A stretch of 64,000 nucleotides of DNA from a virus. Lineage: Duplodnaviria; Caudoviricetes. The notes under the pieces are model-generated. The model saw nothing but the letters and a program-made list of their open reading frames with translations, did no database searches and was not told the DNA's origin. Position 1 is the stretch's first letter; each line of letters opens with the position of its first letter. The stretch covers positions 6,386 through 70,385 of the IMG/VR virus record IMGVR_UViG_3300020137_000001; one strand, written 5' to 3'. Of this stretch, positions 8,539 to 16,881 are shown one piece after another. The position numbers and the translations under genes were made by a program.

Positions 8539-9501
8539 TCAGTCTCGACCCCAAGCTGCGAACTCATTCTTGAGAATGAACTTCTGAGTTGATGCATCAT
8601 GATAATACATAAATTGTGCATCGCGTGGAGACTGATCGAACTCGACCGAATTCATCTCACTCTGCAAGCGTGGAAACTCACATCTTATGTCATTCGGTAC
8701 GTTCTCAATTTTAATCGCCCACACAGACTCGTTCACGCGAGTATAAAAATCACGTAACGACCTCGGTATCTGGGATGCCACGACAAACGGAATCAGCTTG
8801 TAGATATTGACTGCTCGTCGTTCATAGAATTGTTCAGCGAAACTGTTGCTTGTTACACGTCTATCATACTTCTTCTTTGCGATGATCCATGGATCACATA
8901 ACCACGGATCGTCAATATCAGTCTCGTGATGCCCACCGTCCTCCGGTGTTCCTTGCGTCGTTTCTGTCGCTGGTTTGATTTCAATAATGGTCTTGCCTGC
9001 TCGCTTATCACACCCCCGCTCATCTCGCGCCTGGAGCGGGGGCTGTGCGACCTCGATGTTTGCGACACCACGAGCGATCATCTCTGACTCGATGAGCAGC
9101 AGATAGCGACGCAGGTCGCGGAGACACGCCAGCACCGTGCCGTCTGTGCCAAACGGGTTCTCCTCGATCTTTGCGAAGATGTCCTCCGACCTGATGAGCG
9201 TCATCATATATCTGATCGTGTCGGCTCGTTCACGACGCACGGTGTCGTTGCTTCTGTCATTCGTTCCGTTCTCGATCGCGCGGGTCCAACTCAGAACCGT
9301 CTCCAGCGGCCTGTCGAGCGTGGTAGCCGGAGGAGCCATCATCGACAGAAGCCTGTCCATGTTCCTGCGCATCATGAACCAAGCCGATCTGCCTCCGGCT
9401 TTCTTCCATGATCCCCGATAAGTAGTTTCTTTCATGTGCAACACGTCGACATCAGACAGTGCGATGCTCCTGATGAAATTCATGTGATCCATATTACTCA
9501 T
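8539..9501 (-). CDS. Nucleotide-modification-associated domain 1 (DUF1599-like, all-alpha dNTP pyrophosphatase-like) with C-terminal extension
   Basis: KETTYRGSWKK...MDRL...LRDLRRYLLL pattern; position between HD gene and PolA as in YuA-like hmU phages. Confidence 0.6.
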   Translation of the reverse strand: MSNMDHMNFIRSIALSDVDVLHMKETTYRGSWKKAGGRSAWFMMRRNMDRLLSMMAPPATTLDRPLETVLSWTRAIENGTNDRSNDTVRRERADTIRYMMTLIRSEDIFAKIEENPFGTDGTVLACLRDLRRYLLLIESEMIARGVANIEVAQPPLQARDERGCDKRAGKTIIEIKPATETTQGTPEDGGHHETDIDDPWLCDPWIIAKKKYDRRVTSNSFAEQFYERRAVNIYKLIPFVVASQIPRSLRDFYTRVNESVWAIKIENVPNDIRCEFPRLQSEMNSVEFDQSPRDAQFMYYHDASTQKFILKNEFAAWGRD

Positions 9502-10088
9502 GTTCTTGTTCCTTCTATCTCTGCTCTTTTCTTGACATACTCTCTGATAGCGACACCGATGCCAGGATGCTGCTGAGCATCCTGTGTCGTTGTCATCTCA
9601 ACACTTTCAAGACGACACAGACCGTTCCAGATTTCACGGTACATTCTCTCGGCGATCTTGGCGGCGTACCTGTTCCCCATGTTCATCTCATGCAGACCAT
9701 ACTCCCACATCTCGATCCATTCGCACAACTTGAACACGAGTGTCTCATACGGTGACAATATGACTGTCTCTGGTCTGCCGAATTTCATCTGCTCGCGTAT
9801 CACGTGATTGTCGACGTGCAGCATGATGGACTTCAAGTCTGGAAACATGGCCTTGAAGGGATACGGGATGTCACCTCCCATCTCCGTCATGTCGTGGATC
9901 ACCGCGTAGATCAGGAGACGGCGAGGGCAGCGCGGCCACACCGTAAGAAGAATGCGCATGATCTGCCACGTGTGACATCCAACGGTTTGATGATTGACGA
10001 CACTCCATGTATGATACCTTCGTATCTCACCGGCCACGCGCGGGTCATACGTAATGTCGATCACGTCTGTGTCGAACGCTTTGTTCAT
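9498..10088 (-). CDS. HD-domain 5'-deoxynucleotidase-like hydrolase (YfbR-like)
   Basis: RRYHT...QTVGCHTW...IHDMTE motif; start moved to MNKAF (ATGA overlap with the TS gene). Confidence 0.8.
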   Translation of the reverse strand: MNKAFDTDVIDITYDPRVAGEIRRYHTWSVVNHQTVGCHTWQIMRILLTVWPRCPRRLLIYAVIHDMTEMGGDIPYPFKAMFPDLKSIMLHVDNHVIREQMKFGRPETVILSPYETLVFKLCEWIEMWEYGLHEMNMGNRYAAKIAERMYREIWNGLCRLESVEMTTTQDAQQHPGIGVAIREYVKKRAEIEGTRT

Positions 10089-11137
10089 TTCTTGCTCCTG
10101 GCGTCGAACCAGTTCAGCGCGGCACACTGCCAGTCAGGAGCAGCGATCTTGTGTGCCATCAAGCGAGCTGATGTCTTCATGCCAGATTTCCACAGCTCGT
10201 GCGACAGCATCATCCGCTCTGCTACATCGGAGAACCACGCATTGTTGTACCGGATCTCAAGAGCGTCACCGATTTCAAGCAGACGCTTGTGCCACTCCAT
10301 GAACAACATGAGATCATTGTCCCATCTGTCCCAGTCAGATCCTATCGTCATCCAACCTGGATAGTCGATCTCCTCGAATGTGTTGACCGGTTCCTTCGGC
10401 ATCGTCGAATGATAGATGTGGAAGTTATTCGAGATCTGATACATCCTGCCAACGGCGACACCGACGCGGCCAGCCATGTACTCCATCAACATGCTGAAGT
10501 GAACGGCATTGGCACCATATGCTCCGTAGATCAGGTCGTTGCTTCTACAGCAGATCGTCATGTCGAGAACCTGTCTTCTGTCATAGACGTGATCGAGCTG
10601 TCTCACGCCAGAGAGTGACGAGTAGTGCCGCAGTCCATCATCCCTGATCCTGAAATAGATATGAGTGTTGCACGGCCGATCTTTCCAATCACCGTCGAGA
10701 TCCACGCAGTTTGGTCCAGGGTCCCACATCGTCAGAACGGCCTGACGCGAGGTTCGATCGTTGCGTAACTTCTTCACGATCGCGTTCAACTGATCAAATC
10801 CAAATGCCCTGCGCCATCTGTGACCATAGGCACCATGAACCGCACCGTTCGGTTCTGCGAATCTGTCTCCGAAGTCCCTGATGAAATTGTTCAGAGAAGC
10901 GACATCGTCACGCCCGGCCAGCATCCACAGCGATTCGTAGAGATGAAAGAATGGATTCGCATTCCGGTTCTTGTCGAGAAGAACGCGCTTCTGAGGTGAT
11001 CGATAGACACTCGTGACCGGGCACGGCATGACCAACACCGTGCCGTTTCTCGACTGCTCTGGTTCGCCAAATGTCTGTACCAGATTCACACCAAGATAAT
11101 ACAGATTGTTGACTCCGTCTCCCTCAATGACGCGCAC
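10085..11137 (-). CDS. Thymidylate-synthase-superfamily dUMP hydroxymethylase
   Basis: Catalytic PCNTH, RSNDLIYGAYGANAVHFS (Asn at the dUMP-specificity position), NNFHIY; ANPFFHLYESLWMLAGR motif of YuA-type enzymes. Confidence 0.85.
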   Translation of the reverse strand: MRVIEGDGVNNLYYLGVNLVQTFGEPEQSRNGTVLVMPCPVTSVYRSPQKRVLLDKNRNANPFFHLYESLWMLAGRDDVASLNNFIRDFGDRFAEPNGAVHGAYGHRWRRAFGFDQLNAIVKKLRNDRTSRQAVLTMWDPGPNCVDLDGDWKDRPCNTHIYFRIRDDGLRHYSSLSGVRQLDHVYDRRQVLDMTICCRSNDLIYGAYGANAVHFSMLMEYMAGRVGVAVGRMYQISNNFHIYHSTMPKEPVNTFEEIDYPGWMTIGSDWDRWDNDLMLFMEWHKRLLEIGDALEIRYNNAWFSDVAERMMLSHELWKSGMKTSARLMAHKIAAPDWQCAALNWFDARSKK

Positions 11138-11462
11138 TGTGAACCTCCCTGTCTCTGTCGCTCATGACTCTTGCTATCACCATGTCAATGTCTTTCGCAA
11201 TGTACGTGAGTTTCTCCTGCACGAGCACGTGAGTGTCACTCGAATTCGTCGTGGTTCTGTCACTCGTTCCTGTCTCGTCAATGTCATCCATCATGACGAG
11301 TATGTGGGCAAGTCTGCTGATATACTCGCGCGCCGCGACGAACGCCAATATGGTACACTTGTCTGCGAAGTTCTCACTGAACTTCAGCGCAAACTCATTC
11401 GCGTCTTCGCGGATTGCGAACAGTATGTCCTCGCGCCGCGCACACTTGCAGTTGTCATCCAC
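11124..11462 (-). CDS. Hypothetical protein
   Basis: ORF directly downstream of the promoter at 11569..11597. Confidence 0.55.
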   Translation of the reverse strand: MDDNCKCARREDILFAIREDANEFALKFSENFADKCTILAFVAAREYISRLAHILVMMDDIDETGTSDRTTTNSSDTHVLVQEKLTYIAKDIDMVIARVMSDRDREVHSARH

Positions 11463-11568
11463 GATAGAGATCCTCCAGGAGCACCGAGACCAGATCGTGC
11501 CCCGGCTTCGAGTTAACAGGATTATTGGCGCCGATGAGAATTGGTCTTGATACTATTTTCATGCTGTA

Positions 11569-11597
11569 ATTCTAGCTCTTCACGTGCACCGAAGCAA
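11569..11597 (-). promoter_or_regulatory. Sigma70-like promoter TTGCTT-N17-TAGAAT
   Basis: Near-consensus -35/-10 with exact 17-nt spacer in an intergenic gap upstream of the TS-HD-Nmad1-polA run. Confidence 0.7.
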
Positions 11598-11629
11598 ATG
11601 AACGGTCAATGATTCGCATCATTGAACGT

Positions 11630-11968
11630 TCATTGATGCAGTCGCGCTTCCTCCAGCAACACAGACAGTGTCAAGGCAACATCATCAGCAAGATCACGTG
11701 GCAACCGTCGCCGCGCCAGTGTCAGTGATATGCGCCCGGTGATTCGCGCAAGATCACGATGCCATCGTTCCATGATTTCTGCCGTAAGTGGTTTCGGCTC
11801 AAGGTTCAATGCGTCCTGTGTCTCGCGCGATGATTTCTTGATCGTCTTCTTGGTTCTAGTGGTCTTCGGCGTCGTAGTCTTCGAGCGGGTAGTAACCTTC
11901 TTCGCACTTTTCGCAATACCATCCTCCCGTGATACCGACGCTCCAGTCATCTTCTTCGTACGAATCAC
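11630..11968 (-). CDS. Hypothetical protein with Lys/Thr-rich, histone-like N-terminus
   Basis: KSAKKVTTRSKTTTPKTTRTKKTIKK. Confidence 0.55.
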   Translation of the reverse strand: MIRTKKMTGASVSREDGIAKSAKKVTTRSKTTTPKTTRTKKTIKKSSRETQDALNLEPKPLTAEIMERWHRDLARITGRISLTLARRRLPRDLADDVALTLSVLLEEARLHQ

Positions 11969-12004
11969 TGATGTCCTCTCCGCACTTCGGACAACACTTG
12001 TATC

Positions 12005-12370
12005 TCACTGCACGGTTCCCTTGTATCGAAACGTATTGGTCTTTTCGTCATATGATTCAAAGGCTCTGTGACCAAGTTTCTGCATAAACATGGCTGACGC
12101 CACACAGAGTTCAGTAAATACAAATTCGTTCATGCCATGTGACTTCACACTGCCGGCGAGTATTGACATGAGAACATTGATCACGGTGCCGATCAATGTC
12201 TGAGGAAGCATGTCAGAGAAATTATCCATGAAATATGCCATGATCTTCTCACCACGTTCTACATCCACACTGGACTCTAACTCTTCAACCAGTTGAAGAA
12301 TCGAATCAATATCAAGTGATTTTATTTCATCCTTGTTCACGATCATCTCTCTAACTTGAGAACGAACCAA
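12005..12370 (-). CDS. Hypothetical protein (locally AT-richer)
   Basis: ORF overlapping the end of the methyltransferase gene. Confidence 0.55.
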   Translation of the reverse strand: MVRSQVREMIVNKDEIKSLDIDSILQLVEELESSVDVERGEKIMAYFMDNFSDMLPQTLIGTVINVLMSILAGSVKSHGMNEFVFTELCVASAMFMQKLGHRAFESYDEKTNTFRYKGTVQ

Positions 12371-12927
12371 CCCGCACCGGTCAGTTTCTTCTTGTCAGTT
12401 ACCTCCCAACCTAGTCTCTTGAGCAGAGCAAGAAACTTCTTGTCGACGTGGGTCACCGTGTCGTTACCCTCATAGTACTCGCTTCTCATCTGCACGGTCA
12501 CGATCATCATCTTCTTCGCGACTCGTGTCAACTCGGTCACGATCGTCTGCATCGTCTTCTCCGGCACCAGATGCAGCAAACGCAGACACAGCACGGCGTC
12601 GAAGCTCTTGTTCTTATATGTCAGCTTCGTCGCATCACCGACTTCTAGGTTCACGTTCTTCACTCGCAACTTGCCAGCGAGAGCCAGCATCTCCTCGCTC
12701 GTGTCAACTCCGGTGACCTCAAAACCGCACTTGTCGAAGAACTTCAACATCCGACCAGTGCCGACCGGCACATCGAGTACCTTGGACCCTTTCGGAAGAT
12801 CACGAATGTAGAGTTGAATCGTATCTTCTTCATCCTTCCACTTCTTCTTATCCTTGCGAATCTCTTCATATTTCGCAGCTTTCGCGCCGCGATACTCAGC
12901 CCCCAGTATAACCTTGCCCCCGCTCAT
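12343..12927 (-). CDS. Class I SAM-dependent methyltransferase
   Basis: VLDVPVGTGR (motif I), GVDTSEEML, VGDATKLTY..KSFDAVLCLRLLHLV. Confidence 0.9.
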   Translation of the reverse strand: MSGGKVILGAEYRGAKAAKYEEIRKDKKKWKDEEDTIQLYIRDLPKGSKVLDVPVGTGRMLKFFDKCGFEVTGVDTSEEMLALAGKLRVKNVNLEVGDATKLTYKNKSFDAVLCLRLLHLVPEKTMQTIVTELTRVAKKMMIVTVQMRSEYYEGNDTVTHVDKKFLALLKRLGWEVTDKKKLTGAGWFVLKLER

Positions 12928-13241
12928 ATCGTCACTTCCTCTCCGGTTTCGATCTTGTATTGTGCGACCGCATCACCCATGGTCCTGAAACATCGACCAC
13001 GACACCACTCGACCAGTTTCCGATATCCTGGATGTCCCTTTTTCTCGTGGGCATCGACTGAGTCCATCCATCCCTCGATCGACGGAACCTCGAACAAGAC
13101 ACTGCCGCAGTGCGGACAACACGGCAACGCGAACTTGCTGTCCTTTGTCTTGCTGGCCTTGTCGATACTATCCCACCAGACACATCGCGCACCATAGACA
13201 ATGCGTTCATCCTTCAGATTATCCTGATACAACATTTCCAT
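12924..13241 (-). CDS. Zinc-finger-like hypothetical protein
   Basis: CVWWD...CCPHCG...WCRGRC; start placed at MEMLYQD. Confidence 0.6.
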   Translation of the reverse strand: MEMLYQDNLKDERIVYGARCVWWDSIDKASKTKDSKFALPCCPHCGSVLFEVPSIEGWMDSVDAHEKKGHPGYRKLVEWCRGRCFRTMGDAVAQYKIETGEEVTI

Positions 13242-13245
13242 CTCT

Positions 13246-14214
13246 TTATTTCTCCCATGGTCTGAGAACTGGCGTAGTGAGCGGGGGGCTGGATTGTGCC
13301 ACGGCGATGTCGGCGAGAACTTGCTTGTTCGGTAGAGGTAGATCCTCCTTGCCGAGCTTGTCTGGAAGGAGACCGACGCGGTGTGAGATGGCGTCACAGC
13401 CGCTGCATTCTTTCACCAAGTCCCGACGCCCGTGGTACATGGCAACGCGTAGGGCTCCGAACGCCTTGCCATTCCAAACTTCTTCGAGACCGTCCGTGAA
13501 GATGTTTCCGCAATGATAGAACCCGCGCCACATATTGCAGCAACCGGCAACACTGCCGTCCCATCGCACACTGAGCTCGCGAAACGGCTTGGCGCATCGC
13601 TTGCCGTGACCGTGATCGTTCGGCGGTGATCCAGCTCCACAGTGTGTGTTGACATGTGAGTGTGTTCCCTTCGTCGCATTGGTGAGATCCTGCACGAACA
13701 CGAGTTTCTTGCCGCGATGCCTACCATGTGGATTGCCGTCAGGATTCTCGGGATACTCGAACACCTCGATATCGCTACTCAGCTTTCCAGCAACGGCGTC
13801 TCGTATCTTTGGCACGAGTTTCGCATTCTCATAGTCGTCGAGAGCCAACGTGTTGAGACCTGCATTGAATGCCCCCTGCACGTTGGCGAGTGGACCCGGC
13901 TTTCGCAAGAAGCCACCACCATTGCTCGTCATCATGATGTGATAACGCGGTGCGCGCTGTCGCACGTTGGCGATCATGTCGACGAAGTTTGGATGGATGG
14001 ACGGCTCACCGTGCATCGCAAATTCCACACGAGGGTTCCATCCAAGCTTCACCATCTGATCGACGAGTGAAACAAGTGTGGTCGCCTCCATGAACTTGTA
14101 GTCATTGTTCTTGCCACGAATGCCGTTGAGACCACACATGGCACAACGCAGATTGCATCCTTCTACAAGTTCAATCTGCACTGCATTCGGAGGTTCTTGT
14201 CTCCTGTATCTCAT
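13246..14214 (-). CDS. Radical SAM enzyme with SPASM/Twitch domain
   Basis: CNLRCAMC (CxxxCxxC), HGEPSIHP, SNGG; C-terminal CAKPF...GCCNMW...CGN...CSGCD. Confidence 0.92.
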   Translation of the reverse strand: MRYRRQEPPNAVQIELVEGCNLRCAMCGLNGIRGKNNDYKFMEATTLVSLVDQMVKLGWNPRVEFAMHGEPSIHPNFVDMIANVRQRAPRYHIMMTSNGGGFLRKPGPLANVQGAFNAGLNTLALDDYENAKLVPKIRDAVAGKLSSDIEVFEYPENPDGNPHGRHRGKKLVFVQDLTNATKGTHSHVNTHCGAGSPPNDHGHGKRCAKPFRELSVRWDGSVAGCCNMWRGFYHCGNIFTDGLEEVWNGKAFGALRVAMYHGRRDLVKECSGCDAISHRVGLLPDKLGKEDLPLPNKQVLADIAVAQSSPPLTTPVLRPWEK

Positions 14215-14240
14215 CGTGTCTACTCCTTGGTTAGAAATGG

Positions 14241-14269
14241 AATATGCACGATTTCACGTGCGGAAGCAA
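14241..14269 (-). promoter_or_regulatory. Sigma70-like promoter TTGCTT-N17-CATATT upstream of the radical SAM gene
   Basis: 17-nt spacer containing GCACGTGAA, also present in the 11569..11597 spacer. Confidence 0.55.
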
Positions 14270-14286
14270 TCACGCAGCGTCACCAC

Positions 14287-15126
14287 TTATGTCTTCATCC
14301 ATCCCGCCGCCGTGGCGCACTTCTCCCAGTAAATCGTGACCTCAGTTCGCTTCCTGAACTCTTCTGCTCCTTTCACCACTGCGCCCTTGTTCTCTTTGAT
14401 ACGGAGCTTGACGAATGGCGCATGAAGTTCAGCGAGCTTGCGCGCGCTTTTGTCCTGAACCTCGTGACTGCGATAGCTGGCGCAACCTCCCGGTGATCCT
14501 GTTTGGCGCTGATCAGTCGTCCACCAATATGATTGAATATTCCAAAACCCGTGACTTATGAGCTGTAGATTCACGTCAAAGTCCTCCATCACCTCGACGC
14601 GGCCATGCTCCATCGCAAGAAACTCTTTCGTGCGATACGCCAGATAACGCAGAGTGCGCTTGTTCAGCAGGGTCAGTGGTTTCTGACCCTGCGCTACTGT
14701 CTCAGTCTTGGCCGCGTCTCTCGGCGACACTGCTGCGTGAGCATAGTCTGTCAGCGCGTCCTCGGTCCAACGTAACATCTCCAACGTGTCTTCGTGCCGC
14801 TGAGGACGCAAACTATTACCGTTTGTGTCTATGCGCACTGCAAAGTTCAGGTCATCATCCATCATGACGAACTTCTCGATCTTTCGCTTCTCGCACAGTC
14901 TCCCGATCCAGTGTCTCGTCTTGGCAATGCCCTTCTCTGGACACTCGAAGACACCAACATCCTGACGCGAGTGATTAAACAATGTGTTTCGATATCGAAC
15001 CGCCTGATCAGGTGGCACCACGAGATGGATCTCGTTCGGCACGTTCTTGATATACGAGAGCGTTGATATCTTTCCAAACAGAGCCCCCGCTCTATCCATG
15101 CTCGGTATGAAAATAGGCATCACCAT
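14287..15126 (-). CDS. GT-A glycosyltransferase of the T2/T6 glucosyl-hmC glucosyltransferase / base-J glucosyltransferase (GREB1/TAGT) family
   Basis: IFIPSMDRA, GIAKTR, VMMDDD, EDFDVNLQLI..G, QTGSPGGCASYRS match the family motifs (IPSY.R, GIA.TR, MIDDD, ED, APGGCSS.RS). Confidence 0.8.
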   Translation of the reverse strand: MVMPIFIPSMDRAGALFGKISTLSYIKNVPNEIHLVVPPDQAVRYRNTLFNHSRQDVGVFECPEKGIAKTRHWIGRLCEKRKIEKFVMMDDDLNFAVRIDTNGNSLRPQRHEDTLEMLRWTEDALTDYAHAAVSPRDAAKTETVAQGQKPLTLLNKRTLRYLAYRTKEFLAMEHGRVEVMEDFDVNLQLISHGFWNIQSYWWTTDQRQTGSPGGCASYRSHEVQDKSARKLAELHAPFVKLRIKENKGAVVKGAEEFRKRTEVTIYWEKCATAAGWMKT

Positions 15127-16046
15127 AGTCCGCTACTCCTCATTGCGTCATCAAATTGTTGATGGAGATCACTCGCGTAGTCTCTTCTCCAGAGTCTCTG
15201 CTGCAGAGCCGCGATGTCACCGGCGCGCTGAAGAAGAGCGCGCAGTCCCATCTTCGAGTGAACCTGAAATTCACCTTTCATGGGAATGCCAGCCGTCATC
15301 AGTGTCTTGACTGCTCGCTCATCAATTGCCTGAGGCAAGCCCATGTGCAGACACTCATAGAAACGATTCGCCGGCGAACAGTAGAGCGAGTGCGATGTCG
15401 CGTCCTCGACGTACAGCGTCATCTCCCACTTCGCTGGTCCATCGGGATCACGAAACGCTGGCATCAGCTTGGCATTCGGACACAGAACACCGAAGTTCTT
15501 ATCACCGCGAAACGAACTGATCGTCACTGGATACGGCGCGTTCTTGAAGTACCTCTCGAAATATTGAACTCTGTCAGGTCGATACGCGCCATAGTATATG
15601 AGACCAGAGTTCTTAGGACGACTATCGAAGTATGGGACAAAACGTGTATCCGTGATCCACCCCTTCGTGTCGTGTCTAGTCAGCACGTTCCAGTTGCAGT
15701 AGCGAGTACGATCAGGAGCCTGAACTGTGGACCAGATCTCATCCGGTGAGCGAAGGCGCTTGTCATGAACGAACGAGTAGTCGTTCTCCATGTTGATGAC
15801 ACGTCGAGCGCGGTTCAAGATGTCGATGGCCTGTTTCCTGTGATCGCTGAACGCGAGCACGCCGTACTTGACGAACACGATATCGTGTCGCGTGTCAATG
15901 CACGACTGCGCCGTTTCAACGTCATGAATGAGATTGACGACGCAGCCGCGGACCCTGAGTCGATCGTACACATAGCGAGCGATGCGCATAGTAGGTGACG
16001 TACTCGTGTATGAAGACTTGTTGACATGCAAGACTGCGAATTTCAT
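15120..16046 (-). CDS. GT-B glycosyltransferase resembling T4 DNA beta-glucosyltransferase
   Basis: LIYYGAYRPDR vs T4 BGT VIYGGSFRSGQR; LYVED...SPANRFYECL...AIDE vs T4 LIIGD...ITLRVWETM...LIDE; similar length. Confidence 0.6.
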   Translation of the reverse strand: MKFAVLHVNKSSYTSTSPTMRIARYVYDRLRVRGCVVNLIHDVETAQSCIDTRHDIVFVKYGVLAFSDHRKQAIDILNRARRVINMENDYSFVHDKRLRSPDEIWSTVQAPDRTRYCNWNVLTRHDTKGWITDTRFVPYFDSRPKNSGLIYYGAYRPDRVQYFERYFKNAPYPVTISSFRGDKNFGVLCPNAKLMPAFRDPDGPAKWEMTLYVEDATSHSLYCSPANRFYECLHMGLPQAIDERAVKTLMTAGIPMKGEFQVHSKMGLRALLQRAGDIAALQQRLWRRDYASDLHQQFDDAMRSSGLW

Positions 16047-16579
16047 CTGAGAATGTTCCTGACCATTTTCATGGCAGCGTCCCGGTTCAGATCATGAACC
16101 TGGACACCACCTCGACGCAGCGTGTCAGCGTCCCTCTGACACTTGCGCCATGTTCGACGTATGATATCCTCACGAATATTGTGGCCTCGCGCCCGAACCG
16201 AAGCAACAGCTTCATCCTGCGATGTCGTCAGGTTGACGCAGATAATGCGAAACTGCCTCTGCCTCCCGATGATATAGTCAGTGTCGCGGTTCTGCGCCTT
16301 GCCCTCACACAGGATACTGTAACCGCGCGCTCCCCATCTATCGATCACATCGTACGCGTCGTCCAGTGTCTTGAACGTGTCAATGCCCCCGATCGCGATC
16401 TCATAGTGCCCGACAATGAACAAACCCAAACCACACACCTTGTATCCAACTGGTCGCCGCCTGCCGACCTCGAATACCGGCTCTGGTCTCAGCTCATCTC
16501 TCATCACATGAACGATGTGGCTCTTGCCCGCACCGCATGTCCCGCGTATGTTGATAAAAAACGGCCTGAATATGGTCAT
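16043..16579 (-). CDS. P-loop kinase of the 5-hmdU DNA kinase type
   Basis: INIRGTCGAGKSH Walker A, IVGHY...GGIDT, ILCEG; location in the hmU cluster. Confidence 0.75.
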   Translation of the reverse strand: MTIFRPFFINIRGTCGAGKSHIVHVMRDELRPEPVFEVGRRRPVGYKVCGLGLFIVGHYEIAIGGIDTFKTLDDAYDVIDRWGARGYSILCEGKAQNRDTDYIIGRQRQFRIICVNLTTSQDEAVASVRARGHNIREDIIRRTWRKCQRDADTLRRGGVQVHDLNRDAAMKMVRNILR

Positions 16580-16881
16580 GGCGTGGTCTGCAAGTAGACA
16601 CTCAGCTTCTCGAACTTGTCTTCAACTGCGTTCACTCTTACACTCTGCGATATGAGATCGAGCCCGCGCGCCAAGACCAACACGGCATCGAGATCACCTA
16701 TCTCGCGACTCAGCGCATCACGATTCGTCTCACCGGTTCCTGGATTGCCGTCTTCTGCGCCGAATCGCAGTATCTTGCTGACCGCGACGATGATCTCCGC
16801 GCACTCCTCCGAGAGAATCGTCAGGATCTCGCGCTCATGTGGCGTCGGCTTTGGGTGAGGACTCACATATTTATTGGTCAT
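16576..16881 (-). CDS. MazG-like NTP pyrophosphohydrolase
   Basis: EECAE...SKILRFG...EIGD motif. Confidence 0.8.
   Translation of the reverse strand: MTNKYVSPHPKPTPHEREILTILSEECAEIIVAVSKILRFGAEDGNPGTGETNRDALSREIGDLDAVLVLARGLDLISQSVRVNAVEDKFEKLSVYLQTTP

Noticed and set aside
10085-11137. dCMP hydroxymethylase (T4 gp42-like), which would make the GTs ordinary glucosyl-hmC enzymes
   Set aside because: The specificity position is Asn (GANAVHF), as in dUMP-using enzymes, not Asp as in T4 (RNDYAW); neighbouring genes are hmU-kinase-type
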